DNA from: Candidatus Poribacteria bacterium
GTDB lineage: Bacteria; Poribacteria; WGA-4E; WGA-3G
Direction of reading: 5' to 3'
NCBI GenBank assembly: GCA_965197475.1
Contig: CBDANF010000003.1
Location: 3,712,001-3,776,000 of the forward strand
DNA length: 64,000 nucleotides
Positions 20,117 through 29,608 of the stretch are shown piece by piece. The translations under genes were made by a program, and so were the position numbers. A model generated the notes under the pieces. It was not told the origin of the DNA and ran no database searches. It saw nothing but the letters and a program-made list of their open reading frames with translations. The first letter of the stretch is position 1. Each line of letters starts with the position of its first letter.

Positions 20117-20608
20117 TATTTTGATGCCAGTGCCCTTGTCAAACGTTATACCCAAGAAATTGGTAGTGATAAAGTCAATTTCATTTTCACTAATGTTCCT
20201 TTGAACCGCCTAATGTGTTTAATTCAAGGTGTTGTTGAACTGTTTTGGATTTGTGTGAGAAAGAAAAATGATGGTCGAATTACAAACCTTGATTTTTCTC
20301 AAGCGGGAATTAACTTTAATTATGAAATAATCGACAGTTACTCAGATTTCAAGACGATTTCCATTCCAGATACGCTTGTTTTAATCTCAATGTCTTTGAT
20401 TAAAACCTACTCGCTCAATAGCGTTATCGCAATGGTATTGCGCTCAGCGTTGGACATCGCAACAGAACTTCGTAATACCGGTGACACGTTAGTACTCATA
20501 GCCTCAGACCAACGTCTTCTCAGAGCAGCTCAAACTGAAGGACTGTTTGTCTTTAACCCAAAAATTGATCCACTACAGATACTTACAAATTGGATAACGC
20601 ATATATGA
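20108..20608 (+). CDS. Orphan VapC/PIN toxin, probably inactivated; start codon supplied by the ISAs1 IR
   Basis: YFDASALVKRY..E.GS and ASDQRLLRAA..EGL motifs; NSVIA occupies the usual xxDA position. Confidence 0.75.
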   Translation: MALYFDASALVKRYTQEIGSDKVNFIFTNVPLNRLMCLIQGVVELFWICVRKKNDGRITNLDFSQAGINFNYEIIDSYSDFKTISIPDTLVLISMSLIKTYSLNSVIAMVLRSALDIATELRNTGDTLVLIASDQRLLRAAQTEGLFVFNPKIDPLQILTNWITHI

Positions 20609-21657
20609 ATACAAAAATTGGTATAGGTATAATAAGTTTTGCACATGGACACGCGAACTCATACTGCAACAAGATGCAGACGTTTGACGATGTCAAACTC
20701 ATTGGATGTTGGGACGATAACCTTGAACGCGGCAAAAACGCCGCATCACAATTTGGAATGAACTTCTCACCTCACCTTGAAGATGTTGTCAATAACCCTG
20801 AAATAGATGCTGTTATCGTAACTTGTGAGACAAATCGTCACGCGGAGATGGTGGAGGCAGCAGCATCAGAAGGCAAACACATCCTTTGTCAAAAACCGAT
20901 GGCACTTACCTTGGAAGATTGTGATAAGATTGCTGAGGCGGTGCAAAAATCTGGTGTTAAATTCATGATGGCGCATCAGATGCGTCGTGACTCTGCCAAT
21001 ATAGCAATGAAAGAATTGATTGAGAGCGGTGTGTTGGGTAAAATTGGGATGCTGCGCCGCCGACACTGCATCAACGTTCTCTTTAACAAGGCTTTTGTAA
21101 CGGGCCCGAGTCGTTGGCACATTGATCCAGTAAAAAATATGGGCATGTTCATGGATGATGCGTCTCATGCTACCGATTTTATCTACTGGATGCTCGGTAA
21201 GCCAAGCAGTGTCATTGCTGAAATAGATAACGTTTTAACAGATGTTGCCCCTGATGACACGGGTGTTGCTGTCTATCGGTTTCCGAGTGGTGCAATGACA
21301 ATTCTGATAAATACCTCTGTGACACTTGCCGGTGAAAATACGACTGAAATCTATGGTGATGAAGGCGTTGTCATTCAGAACTATGGGGATGGACCTTCGT
21401 GTAACGTTCCACGTTCTGAAGACGCAGTGGCGTTAAAACTTTATACGCGAGATGAACCGTCATGGAAAGACCTTGGGATCGAAATCCCAAACAGCCACGG
21501 AGAACGGATTGCTGGTGTCCCACGTCCGTTTATTGACTGCTTGAAAAATGATACGGAGTCTGATGTAACAGTAGAAGATGGAAGGGTTTCTGTGGAGATG
21601 GTTTTGGGCGCGTATCGTTCGGCACAAGAGGGCAGGCGTGTTAAGTTTCCGTTATAA
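20605..21657 (+). CDS. Gfo/Idh/MocA family oxidoreductase
   Basis: GKHILCQKPMA and GMFMDDASHATD motifs; ATGA overlap with the PIN gene. Confidence 0.9.
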   Translation: MNTKIGIGIISFAHGHANSYCNKMQTFDDVKLIGCWDDNLERGKNAASQFGMNFSPHLEDVVNNPEIDAVIVTCETNRHAEMVEAAASEGKHILCQKPMALTLEDCDKIAEAVQKSGVKFMMAHQMRRDSANIAMKELIESGVLGKIGMLRRRHCINVLFNKAFVTGPSRWHIDPVKNMGMFMDDASHATDFIYWMLGKPSSVIAEIDNVLTDVAPDDTGVAVYRFPSGAMTILINTSVTLAGENTTEIYGDEGVVIQNYGDGPSCNVPRSEDAVALKLYTRDEPSWKDLGIEIPNSHGERIAGVPRPFIDCLKNDTESDVTVEDGRVSVEMVLGAYRSAQEGRRVKFPL

Positions 21658-21698
21658 AGGAAAATAGAATACTATCCGAATTTACTCCAAACGCTGCT

Positions 21699-22433
21699 TT
21701 AAGGACTGTTTCGGCGCATGATACTCAGAATCTGTCCTGTCATGCCGCTGTCAGGAGACTGGGTTGCGAGGAACAGCGCAGATGCGACAACCTGCTCTGG
21801 CTCCTTCCACGGATCACTTTGTGCTCTGATGATATTGTCATCTTTCCAAACAGGTTTTGAGAGTTCTGTTTTAACTGGACCGGGTATCAGGACATTGGCG
21901 ATGATACCGTCCTGCCACACCTCTTCAGCAATTGCTTGTGTCAACCCGTGCAAAGCCGCTTTAGATGCACAATAGATGCTAAGGTTCGCATGACCAACCT
22001 GTCCCATTCCTGATCCAATGTTGATGATATTTCCACTTTTCTGCTGCTGCATAATAGGCAACACCGCACGGCAACAGTGGACGACACCCATGACGTTGAT
22101 CTTCCATACCTCATCCCACGCCTCATCGGTAGTGTCTAAAAACAAGCCTCTTGGATTGATACCAGCGTTATTGACAAGGATATCTATTTGTCGGAAACTA
22201 TCCATAGTCTTCTTGACAAGATTTTCCACTTCAGTACGATTCCGTATATCAGTTGGCACTGCAAGAACATTTCCACCATTTGCTGAAATCACATCTGCTA
22301 CGTTATTAAGTTGATCATGGCTTCGTGCTGCGATCACAACATAAGCACCTTCTGCAGCGTAAGCAATGGCAATTGCTCTGCCGATTCCCCGTCCAGCACC
22401 AGTAACAATAGCGACTTTGTTAGTTAGTTGCAT
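21699..22433 (-). CDS. SDR family NAD(P)-dependent oxidoreductase
   Basis: TGAGRGIG, NNAG and YCASK motifs. Confidence 0.92.
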   Translation of the reverse strand: MQLTNKVAIVTGAGRGIGRAIAIAYAAEGAYVVIAARSHDQLNNVADVISANGGNVLAVPTDIRNRTEVENLVKKTMDSFRQIDILVNNAGINPRGLFLDTTDEAWDEVWKINVMGVVHCCRAVLPIMQQQKSGNIINIGSGMGQVGHANLSIYCASKAALHGLTQAIAEEVWQDGIIANVLIPGPVKTELSKPVWKDDNIIRAQSDPWKEPEQVVASALFLATQSPDSGMTGQILSIMRRNSP

Positions 22434-22485
22434 AGATGTTCCTTCCGTTTTATATCAAATGAATATGCATTTGTTTTATAGGTAG

Positions 22486-23310
22486 TTAAGAATCGCTTGA
22501 ACCTTTCCATACGTTAATAAGACGGGTCAATTGTGCGCGACTTGATTGAACTTTACGTTTTAAATCAGAGGCGAGAGTCGTAAGTAGGTCCCTCCCACTT
22601 TTATCTTCGGATTCTACTTGCTGCTTCAAGTGATAGGTACGCCCTGCCTTAACCCTGTTTATCTCGGACCGCAATTCACTCGTTGCTCTATTAAGGTTTC
22701 GCAATTCGGATTGTAGCCGTTCCCTTTTTTCTGCAATTGTATATTCAGAATCAATCGGAAAGTCAGTTTCTCCGAAACTTAAACGCTTCAAGATTTCAAC
22801 GTCTTGCTCCTGATATGCACGATTTATAAGCGGCATTAACTGTTCTCGCCGGTTTTGCTCTTCAGAATGCTTTGCTTTGTCTGGATGAAACCTTTTAGCA
22901 AGTTTACGGTAGAGATTTTGCAAGAACTTCACTTCTTGATCTGGAAGTTCGTTTTTTTGAGATTTTTGCTGATCTTCTTTCTCCGTTTCACAAGCATCAA
23001 TGCGTGAACGGTTTTCCCTGAAGCACGATTTAACCCGTGCTTCAATTTCTGTCTCACTCACATCTTCTCGGCGTAATTGCAGTCGAAGACGATACTCCTT
23101 TGTTTCAAGCTCAACCTTATCAAGCTCAAGGTAATAACGTCCAATGTGAGCATTGTACCTGTGCTGGAATAGGTCAACCTCTGATTGCAGGTGATCCATA
23201 GTCACAGTAAGTTCTTCAACCTGTTCACGTTTTTCCTCAATAGCATTAAGTAATCGATGAATTTCCTTTTCCTCATTGCTATTGATGTAAACTAAGGTAG
23301 TCGGTTTCAT
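22486..23310 (-). CDS. Coiled-coil protein with central J-domain
   Basis: [13 protein letters not shown]...LINRAY; ATGA overlap with infA. Confidence 0.8.
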   Translation of the reverse strand: MKPTTLVYINSNEEKEIHRLLNAIEEKREQVEELTVTMDHLQSEVDLFQHRYNAHIGRYYLELDKVELETKEYRLRLQLRREDVSETEIEARVKSCFRENRSRIDACETEKEDQQKSQKNELPDQEVKFLQNLYRKLAKRFHPDKAKHSEEQNRREQLMPLINRAYQEQDVEILKRLSFGETDFPIDSEYTIAEKRERLQSELRNLNRATSELRSEINRVKAGRTYHLKQQVESEDKSGRDLLTTLASDLKRKVQSSRAQLTRLINVWKGSSDS

Positions 23311-23669
23311 GGCTTACGATATGTGATACGGCCTCGTGTCAAATCATAGGGAGACAGTTCTACGGTTACCTTGTCACCCGGCTCAATTTTGATCCAGAAT
23401 TTTCTCATTCTACCAGAAATATGGGCGAGAATTTTATGCTTGTTATCCAACTCGACACGAAACATGGCGTTTGGTAAAGGTTCAACAACAACACCTTCGA
23501 CCTCAATTTTACCATTTTGAAGTTGGGTTCGTTGAGTAGATTCTTTATCAAGATCGGCATCTACAGAATCATCTCGTTGTTTTTTAAGTTTTTGTTTACG
23601 ATTTGATCCGCCTTTTTTACCGGACCTTGGTTGGAATTTCCGCTTTTTTCCTGCGGGTTTACGTTTCAA
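23307..23669 (-). CDS. infA: Translation initiation factor IF-1 with ~50-aa N-terminal extension
   Basis: [54 protein letters not shown]; TTG start after AGGAGA. Confidence 0.93.
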   Translation of the reverse strand: MKRKPAGKKRKFQPRSGKKGGSNRKQKLKKQRDDSVDADLDKESTQRTQLQNGKIEVEGVVVEPLPNAMFRVELDNKHKILAHISGRMRKFWIKIEPGDKVTVELSPYDLTRGRITYRKP

Positions 23670-23728
23670 AATATGGGTCTCCTTTCAAAAATAGATTTTG
23701 TTAGTCTCTTTGAAAAAACAAACAGACG

Positions 23729-24523
23729 CTAAGATTCATCATCAAAACTAAAAGATTTACCTGATTCAACAACAAGTTCCCTAAAATAATTTACTGCTAA
23801 TCGCAGCTGCTTTTCGGAATCTGCTCTATCAGAGTGAGTTGAAACGAGGTCAACGGGCATTTTATTGCCTTCCACATTACGTAGGGCAACATAAGCCTTT
23901 AGATATACATCTGGATGACGTTCCATCACTTTCTGCATCAGTGGTGAAACTTCCGCTTCAAACATATTTACATAAATCCGTGCGGTACTAATCTCAGCAC
24001 GGTAACGTTCGCCTATCAAGGGTTGAATATGAGTTTCGAAAATCGCTTTCATCTCGCGTGGTGGACCTGGCATCATCATAATAGTAGATTGCTTATGAGT
24101 AACACTTATGCAGGGTGCCCATCCCGCAGGATTCTGAAGTACTTGTGCTGTTTCTGGCACAGTTGCCATCTTGGTTAGTGCTTCATTAAGCGGATCGTTT
24201 TCAGACATCTCACGGCGTTTTCGGTATTCTGCCATGGTCTCTTCATTCACAACAGGTTTTGTGCCAATGAGTGATGCGACAACAGTCACGGTCATATCAT
24301 CCGGTGTTGGTCCGAGTCCTCCCGTTGTAAGAATAAGTGCTGTTTCACGTTGAATTGCACCATCCAACGCATCAGTCATCTCATCAAAATTATCGCGTAG
24401 CATAGTTACTCGGTGTAATTCCCCACCGTATTGTAGTATCTGCTGTGCAATCCAGTGGGCGTTGGTATCCTGAATTTGTCCGAGGACTAACTCAGTTCCA
24501 ATTGAAAACAGTTCTATCGCCAC
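23729..24523 (-). CDS. CinA-like molybdopterin-binding domain protein (no PncC domain)
   Basis: IGTELVLGQIQDTNAHW, TTGGLGPTPDD and MPGPPREM motifs. Confidence 0.88.
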   Translation of the reverse strand: MAIELFSIGTELVLGQIQDTNAHWIAQQILQYGGELHRVTMLRDNFDEMTDALDGAIQRETALILTTGGLGPTPDDMTVTVVASLIGTKPVVNEETMAEYRKRREMSENDPLNEALTKMATVPETAQVLQNPAGWAPCISVTHKQSTIMMMPGPPREMKAIFETHIQPLIGERYRAEISTARIYVNMFEAEVSPLMQKVMERHPDVYLKAYVALRNVEGNKMPVDLVSTHSDRADSEKQLRLAVNYFRELVVESGKSFSFDDES

Positions 24524-24594
24524 CTAATTCTCCCTTTTACAAAACCTGTTTAAGGAACTCATACGCTCCGACACCGTAAAAACTATATCCCGTT

Positions 24595-24783
24595 TCAAAC
24601 AAGATCGAGCATCTCCGCATATTGTAACACATTTGATATATAGTTGTCTATACAATGACGTAAAACACGCTGCCATTCTTCCGCTTCTGCTACAGTCGTT
24701 GCCCGGAATTCCAATTCGCGTGGTATTTCAGCATATAATTGGTGCGAAAAATCTAAGGTGTCAAGGTATTGTTCACTGGACAT
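24595..24783 (-). pseudogene. Truncated N-terminus of a probable alpha/beta-hydrolase
   Basis: YAEIPRELEFRATTVAEAEEWQRVLR resembles the N-termini of acetylxylan esterase/dienelactone hydrolase-like proteins, then degenerates. Confidence 0.4.
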
Positions 24784-25011
24784 CTTTTTCACTTTTTAGT
24801 AACGCAATAAGTAGTTTTGGACATGATAAAATCTGTGAATTTTAATTTCTCATCTATAAGTGTTTATACAGATAATCTGATTGCAATTCATTTGTATAAT
24901 ACTGCTATTTATAGTTTGTATCAAATGACCCCATGAGTTATACTATTAGTATTCGTTAAACTAACGAGTAGATGTCCTCGGATCCCCGATAATCTATTCA
25001 TGGAGGTCAAT

Positions 25012-25812
25012 ATGAACCGCAAGAAGGATACCGCTTACGGTATCACTCGGCTCGAATCCAAGAATGCCAGAGCCGCGATTATTCAGAAGATTTCAGCAGA
25101 CTTTAATCTAATGCCTCTCGTTGCTGAAGCCTACTATAAACAGATTTCCACCTACTTTGAACAACACGCCGATGTGCACCTGACATCAGGGCAAATCTGC
25201 TACGAGGCAGTCGCCGCAGAGGAACCCGCAGGTAAACATATCGCTTTAGCGAAAAAAGTTTCCTGTCGGCTAACTCTCAATGACACAAACGCCGATCTTG
25301 AAGTCTTAGCGAATTATGGTCTCGCAGGACTCAGACGGCATCGGATCCTCCGATTGACCCAAGAAGCTTATGACCAAGATGCCTTACTGAGCTACGAGGA
25401 TTTAGCTGTATTATTAACCACCAGTCCTGCTACAGTCAAACGCGACATTCGACACTTGAAGCAGGATGGGTATTTCGTTATGACGCGCGGGACGAAACAC
25501 GACATGGGCCCCGGCACTTCTCATAAAACCCAGGTCCTGGAGTTATATTTCAAAGCCTATACCTTCACCGAAATCGAGAAAAAGACGAACCACAGCGAAC
25601 GAGCTGTCTACCGCTACTTGAAAGACTTTACACAAGTCGCTACGCTCCATCATCAAGGCTTTCCTAACGCACAGATACGCCTGATCACCCATCTATCTGA
25701 CCGGTTGATCCGCGAGTATCTCTCACTCTATGAGGAATACCAACACACAGATCGCATGACCCAACTCCTTCACCCAGAACCTGAGGACACAAAAAAGGGG
25801 GACCTCTCATGA
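25012..25812 (+). CDS. DUF1670-like multi-HTH protein A
   Basis: GGAGG RBS; EAYDQDALLSYEDLAVLL, TRGTKHDMGPGTSHK and NHSERAVYRY motifs. Confidence 0.8.
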   Translation: MNRKKDTAYGITRLESKNARAAIIQKISADFNLMPLVAEAYYKQISTYFEQHADVHLTSGQICYEAVAAEEPAGKHIALAKKVSCRLTLNDTNADLEVLANYGLAGLRRHRILRLTQEAYDQDALLSYEDLAVLLTTSPATVKRDIRHLKQDGYFVMTRGTKHDMGPGTSHKTQVLELYFKAYTFTEIEKKTNHSERAVYRYLKDFTQVATLHHQGFPNAQIRLITHLSDRLIREYLSLYEEYQHTDRMTQLLHPEPEDTKKGDLS

Positions 25813-26693
25813 GCAAACCTCTAACCCGCACGCAAATCAACGAGAAGAAATTCAGACGCATCAACGATAAGTCCCTACGACAGTTGCTCATTCACCGCTT
25901 TCTCAATGACTATGGTTATGACAAAGGCGAAGTCACTGCCACCGCCATTGTTGATGATATTCTTAAGACCGTTGAAGACTATTTCGTGATTACCCTTCCT
26001 TTGGAGAAACTCGCCACCGGCGATCAACTCCCGGATGAGCGTTTCTTGAGTTATGGACAACTCGTTTGGATGGCCGTCCCTATTGAAGAGCATCCAGAAA
26101 GAGGAAAGTCCATCGTCAAAACCCGCATGAAACCCGTCATCCTGACTTACCTCGCCGCAGAGGATATTGAATCCTTTCGCAACGGTTTCACCTCCCGGCA
26201 ATTGCGGATCAATCGCTTGGTCCGCTGGTGTCATCAAGCTTATGACCAAGGGGCATTATTGACACAACTCGACTTGGCAGTTTTGCTCAATGTCTGCGAT
26301 GCCGTTGTCTGTGATTATGTTAATGAATGGCAAAAAACCACTGGAGAACTCTTGCCCACCCGTGGCAATATCCATGACTTATCGGGGGCTATTACCCATA
26401 AGAAAGAGATCATAACCCTCTATCTTCAAGGACATCTCACCCCCAGGATTGCCGCAAAGACCAAACACTCTAAGGAGGCAGTTGACCGATACATTCGCGA
26501 TTATGAGAGCGTCAAAGTCGTTCGGAAAGCAACCGCAGATATTGATAAAATCTCACAGATTACACGACTTTCTAAACGCGTCATCTCTCAATATCTCGAC
26601 CTCATACCGCAGCACCAACTCCAAGCCATAGATGCAGACCTTGCCAATTCAGACTCAAACGATGAAGCCACTCACCAAGGAGAAGCCCAATGA
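25809..26693 (+). CDS. DUF1670-like multi-HTH protein B (paralog of A)
   Basis: ATGA overlap with A; QAYDQGALLTQLDLAVLL, TRGNIHDLSGAITHK and KHSKEAVDRY motifs. Confidence 0.8.
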   Translation: MSKPLTRTQINEKKFRRINDKSLRQLLIHRFLNDYGYDKGEVTATAIVDDILKTVEDYFVITLPLEKLATGDQLPDERFLSYGQLVWMAVPIEEHPERGKSIVKTRMKPVILTYLAAEDIESFRNGFTSRQLRINRLVRWCHQAYDQGALLTQLDLAVLLNVCDAVVCDYVNEWQKTTGELLPTRGNIHDLSGAITHKKEIITLYLQGHLTPRIAAKTKHSKEAVDRYIRDYESVKVVRKATADIDKISQITRLSKRVISQYLDLIPQHQLQAIDADLANSDSNDEATHQGEAQ

Positions 26694-26760
26694 GACCCTA
26701 ATCCTATGTTCCCGACGAACTTTACTTCGCAAAACCGGGGCAGGTGCCTTGAAAATATGG

Positions 26761-26789
26761 TTGACAACCGCTACTGGTTTTGCTATACT
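26761..26789 (+). promoter_or_regulatory. Near-consensus sigma70 promoter inside the right end of the element
   Basis: TTGACA-17 nt-TATACT with extended -10 TGn. Confidence 0.75.
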
Positions 26790-26795
26790 TTAGAC

Positions 26796-26921
26796 ACGTT
26801 TATCGCTAAACGCATCATTTCTCAAAGAGGATGCTCGCGATCCCAACGCAACCCACTCATCAACGATCGCTGGGAAGCCAATAAACATCAGCCTTCCAGC
26901 TATCCTATGGTCATTTGATAC
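26796..26921 (+). ncRNA. Putative structured non-coding RNA (~125 nt)
   Basis: Consecutive stems CGTTTA/TAAACG, GCATC..CTC/GAG.GATGC, GCGATC/GATCGC and GCTGGGAAGC/GCCTTCCAGC immediately after the promoter; no RBS or convincing ORF. Confidence 0.45.
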
Positions 26922-27064
26922 TATTTAAGAAACGACACGATATCTTCACTTATATTACCACAATAATGGAAGAATGGCGGCGTCTAATTTCGTTATAAAA
27001 GGTTTATATCTCTATAACAGATTGTAAAAATTCAACATATAGTAATCTCAATATAGACTCTTAT

Positions 27065-28270
27065 CTACAAAGTAATGCCCAACTCCTTTGCAATTGTATA
27101 AACATCTTTATCACCACGTCCAGATAGGCATACTACGATGGTTTTGCCGTCACCAAGTTTCGGCGCAAGTTCACGTAGGTACGCAATGGCATGCGCGGAT
27201 TCTAATGCTGGAATGATTCCCTCAGTCTCCGACAACAACTGAAATCCTTCCACGGCCTCTGTATCGGTAATCGGCACATATTCCGCTCTACCAATTTCTC
27301 GATAATAACTGTGTTCCGGACCTACACCAGGGTAATCTAACCCCGCGGAAATCGAATGGGCAGGTGTTATCTGTCCATCATCTTCTTGCAATAGATAGCA
27401 CTTTGCACCGTGAAAAACACCAACACTTCCTGCAATGAGCGGTGCGGCGTGCCGTCCGCTACGGATACTCTCACCTGCTGCTTCAACACCGATAAGGCGA
27501 ACAGACTCGTCATGATAAAATGGATGGAACATACCGAGAGAATTACTGCCACCGCCAACACAGGCAACGACACAATCCGGTAAGATACCCTCCTGTTCTA
27601 AAATTTGTGCTTTCGCTTCTTCGCCGATAACAGCTTGGAAGTCTCTAACGATCATGGGGTAAGGATGCGCCCCGACAACTGAGCCGAGAAGCAAATATGT
27701 TGTGCGGACATTTGTAACCCAATCTCGGAAACAGGCATTGATGGCATCTTTGAGCGTACGTGAACCTGAATTGATAGGCACAACTTTTGTTCCCATCAAC
27801 CGCATGCGGAATACGTTGAGTGCTTGTCGTTCTATATCCTCTTCACCCATATAGACTTCGCATTCCATATCAAACTTAGCAGCGACGGTTGCTGTCGCTA
27901 CGCCGTGTTGCCCCGCACCGGTCTCGGCGATGATACGTTTTTTGCCCATCCACCGTGCAAGCAATATCTGTCCGATTGCACTGTTGATCTTGTGTGCGCC
28001 TGTATGGTTCAGGTCTTCTCTTTTAAGGTATATTTTTGCGCCACCGAGGGTTTCAGTTAACCGTTCTGCATAGTAGAGCGGATTTGGTCTCCCGACATAT
28101 TCACTGAGGTAATACCGAAATTCCTTTTGAAAATCGGAATTATCTTTGAGTGTTGTGTATGCCTCTTCCAATTCTAAAAGTGCGGGCATAAGAGTTTCGG
28201 GGACATATCTTCCACCGAACTGTCCGAAGTGTCCTGTTGCATCAGGAAGTTGTTGCATGTAGTTCTCCAT
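27065..28270 (-). CDS. trpB: Tryptophan synthase beta chain
   Basis: [23 protein letters not shown] and [15 protein letters not shown] motifs. Confidence 0.97.
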   Translation of the reverse strand: MENYMQQLPDATGHFGQFGGRYVPETLMPALLELEEAYTTLKDNSDFQKEFRYYLSEYVGRPNPLYYAERLTETLGGAKIYLKREDLNHTGAHKINSAIGQILLARWMGKKRIIAETGAGQHGVATATVAAKFDMECEVYMGEEDIERQALNVFRMRLMGTKVVPINSGSRTLKDAINACFRDWVTNVRTTYLLLGSVVGAHPYPMIVRDFQAVIGEEAKAQILEQEGILPDCVVACVGGGSNSLGMFHPFYHDESVRLIGVEAAGESIRSGRHAAPLIAGSVGVFHGAKCYLLQEDDGQITPAHSISAGLDYPGVGPEHSYYREIGRAEYVPITDTEAVEGFQLLSETEGIIPALESAHAIAYLRELAPKLGDGKTIVVCLSGRGDKDVYTIAKELGITL

Positions 28271-28294
28271 TTTGTGTTGTGTTTAGTTGTGCTA

Positions 28295-29311
28295 TTATGT
28301 TTTCTTTTTCATGAGTGATTTCGTACGAAGGTTTGGACGTTCCAAAACCGATGGGTTTACAACCGATTCCGGCAGTTGACCAGTTAATACTTGTGCCACA
28401 CACGTAGCGGCGGTGACCTCTAATTCAAGGATTGATTCTTCAGAGATAAAAGCAGCGTGCGGTGTGATGACCACATTGTCAAGACTGAACAGAGCTTCCT
28501 CCGATTGTGGCGGTTCGGTTTCCAATACATCCAAACCTGCACCTGCAATCTCACCATTTCGCAGTGCGTCAGTAAGTGCTGCTGTGTTTACAATCCCGCC
28601 TCGCGCAGTGTTGATTAGGAACGTTGTCGGTTTCATTATACGAAATTCGTCAAAACTGAACATGTGTTCTGTCTCAGGTGTCAAAGGTGCGTGAATCGTG
28701 ATAAAATCTGATGTTTTGAGAAGTTCTTGAAAAGAGACTTTTTCCGCACCGTGATATCGAATTAATTCAGATGAGGCACGCGGAGAATAGATTTTCACAG
28801 CAAGTCCAAATGCTTTCGCTTTTGGGATAATCGCCTTTCCGATGTGTCCGAATCCTACAATACCTAAAGTTTTTCCACGTAATCTGAACATCTGAGGTCC
28901 GATATTCTGATCCCATATACCAGATTTAACTGCCGCATTGAAACGTGGTATTTTTCTGACACAAGCGAGCAGAAGTGCCATCGCGTGGTCAGAGACTTCA
29001 TCAACACAATATGTTGGAACATTAGTAACGATGATCCCGTTCTCAGTGGCACTTTTCACATCAATGTTGTCTAACCCGATACCGCAACGAGCGATAATTT
29101 GACACTTTTTGGCTGCGTCAATGACACACTTGCGAATCGGTTTCCAACATGTGAGAATACCGTCCACCGTCGGCGCGAGGGTGAGGAGTTCTGCTTCCTC
29201 ACCTGTTTCCGCCACAGTAAGTTCTGCCCCAACTTTTGCAAGTACCTGTCGTTCGGGTTCAATAGATGACCAAGCGTAATCGGTTATGAGGACTTTCCAT
29301 TTGTTTAACAT
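28295..29311 (-). CDS. D-isomer-specific 2-hydroxyacid dehydrogenase (SerA/CtBP-like)
   Basis: GIGLDNID, GIVGFGHIG, INTARGG and TPHAAF motifs; likely start MLNKW at 29311. Confidence 0.88.
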   Translation of the reverse strand: MLNKWKVLITDYAWSSIEPERQVLAKVGAELTVAETGEEAELLTLAPTVDGILTCWKPIRKCVIDAAKKCQIIARCGIGLDNIDVKSATENGIIVTNVPTYCVDEVSDHAMALLLACVRKIPRFNAAVKSGIWDQNIGPQMFRLRGKTLGIVGFGHIGKAIIPKAKAFGLAVKIYSPRASSELIRYHGAEKVSFQELLKTSDFITIHAPLTPETEHMFSFDEFRIMKPTTFLINTARGGIVNTAALTDALRNGEIAGAGLDVLETEPPQSEEALFSLDNVVITPHAAFISEESILELEVTAATCVAQVLTGQLPESVVNPSVLERPNLRTKSLMKKKT

Positions 29312-29398
29312 ATTTGTTGAAATCTCGGTTAAAAAACCGTTCCTACAAGAGACATCCATATCAAGGAGACGATTAGTGATTGTCTTCGGCATCTCTAA

Positions 29399-29569
29399 CT
29401 AAGATGATTCGGGATGTGGCTTACTGCTCTGCTTGAGGAGTTCAATCTCTGCGCGAAGTTCTTTAAGTTCTGTACGGAGTTCATCTTGCCCATGTTGTTT
29501 GATCATAGTAAAGACCTGTTGCACTCCAATTACTACCAATGTTACTGCCATAATGACTATTAACAACAT
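29399..29569 (-). CDS. Small TM/coiled-coil protein (56 aa), possibly 5'-truncated by IS3
   Basis: MLLIVIMAVTLVVIGV...ELRTELKELRAEIELLK; ATG abuts the IS3 terminus. Confidence 0.5.
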   Translation of the reverse strand: MLLIVIMAVTLVVIGVQQVFTMIKQHGQDELRTELKELRAEIELLKQSSKPHPESS

Positions 29570-29608
29570 TGAAGTGCTACCGTTTATTCAGACCAAAATT
29601 TAGCAAAG

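Larger units (their letters stand above)
24918..26921 (+). mobile_element. Candidate novel 2004-bp IR-bounded element carrying a DUF1670-like gene pair and a terminal structured RNA
   Basis: Perfect 13-bp IR GTATCAAATGACC (24918-24930) / GGTCATTTGATAC (26909-26921); interior is compositionally distinct (C-richer) from the AT-rich flanks. Confidence 0.7.

Noticed and set aside
24918-24944. Circle-junction promoter formed by joining the two IRs
   Set aside because: TTGATA in the right IR would be about 22 nt from TATACT at 24939, too long for sigma70 unless the ends overlap.
25590-25620. HS..AV.RY as tyrosine-recombinase box II
   Set aside because: H-to-Y spacing is one short, no HxxR box is present, and the segment fits an HTH recognition helix; not called a recombinase.
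26706-26918. 70-aa ORF at the right end of the DUF1670 element
   Set aside because: No RBS or recognisable motif, and it overlaps a consensus promoter and hairpins; more likely noncoding.
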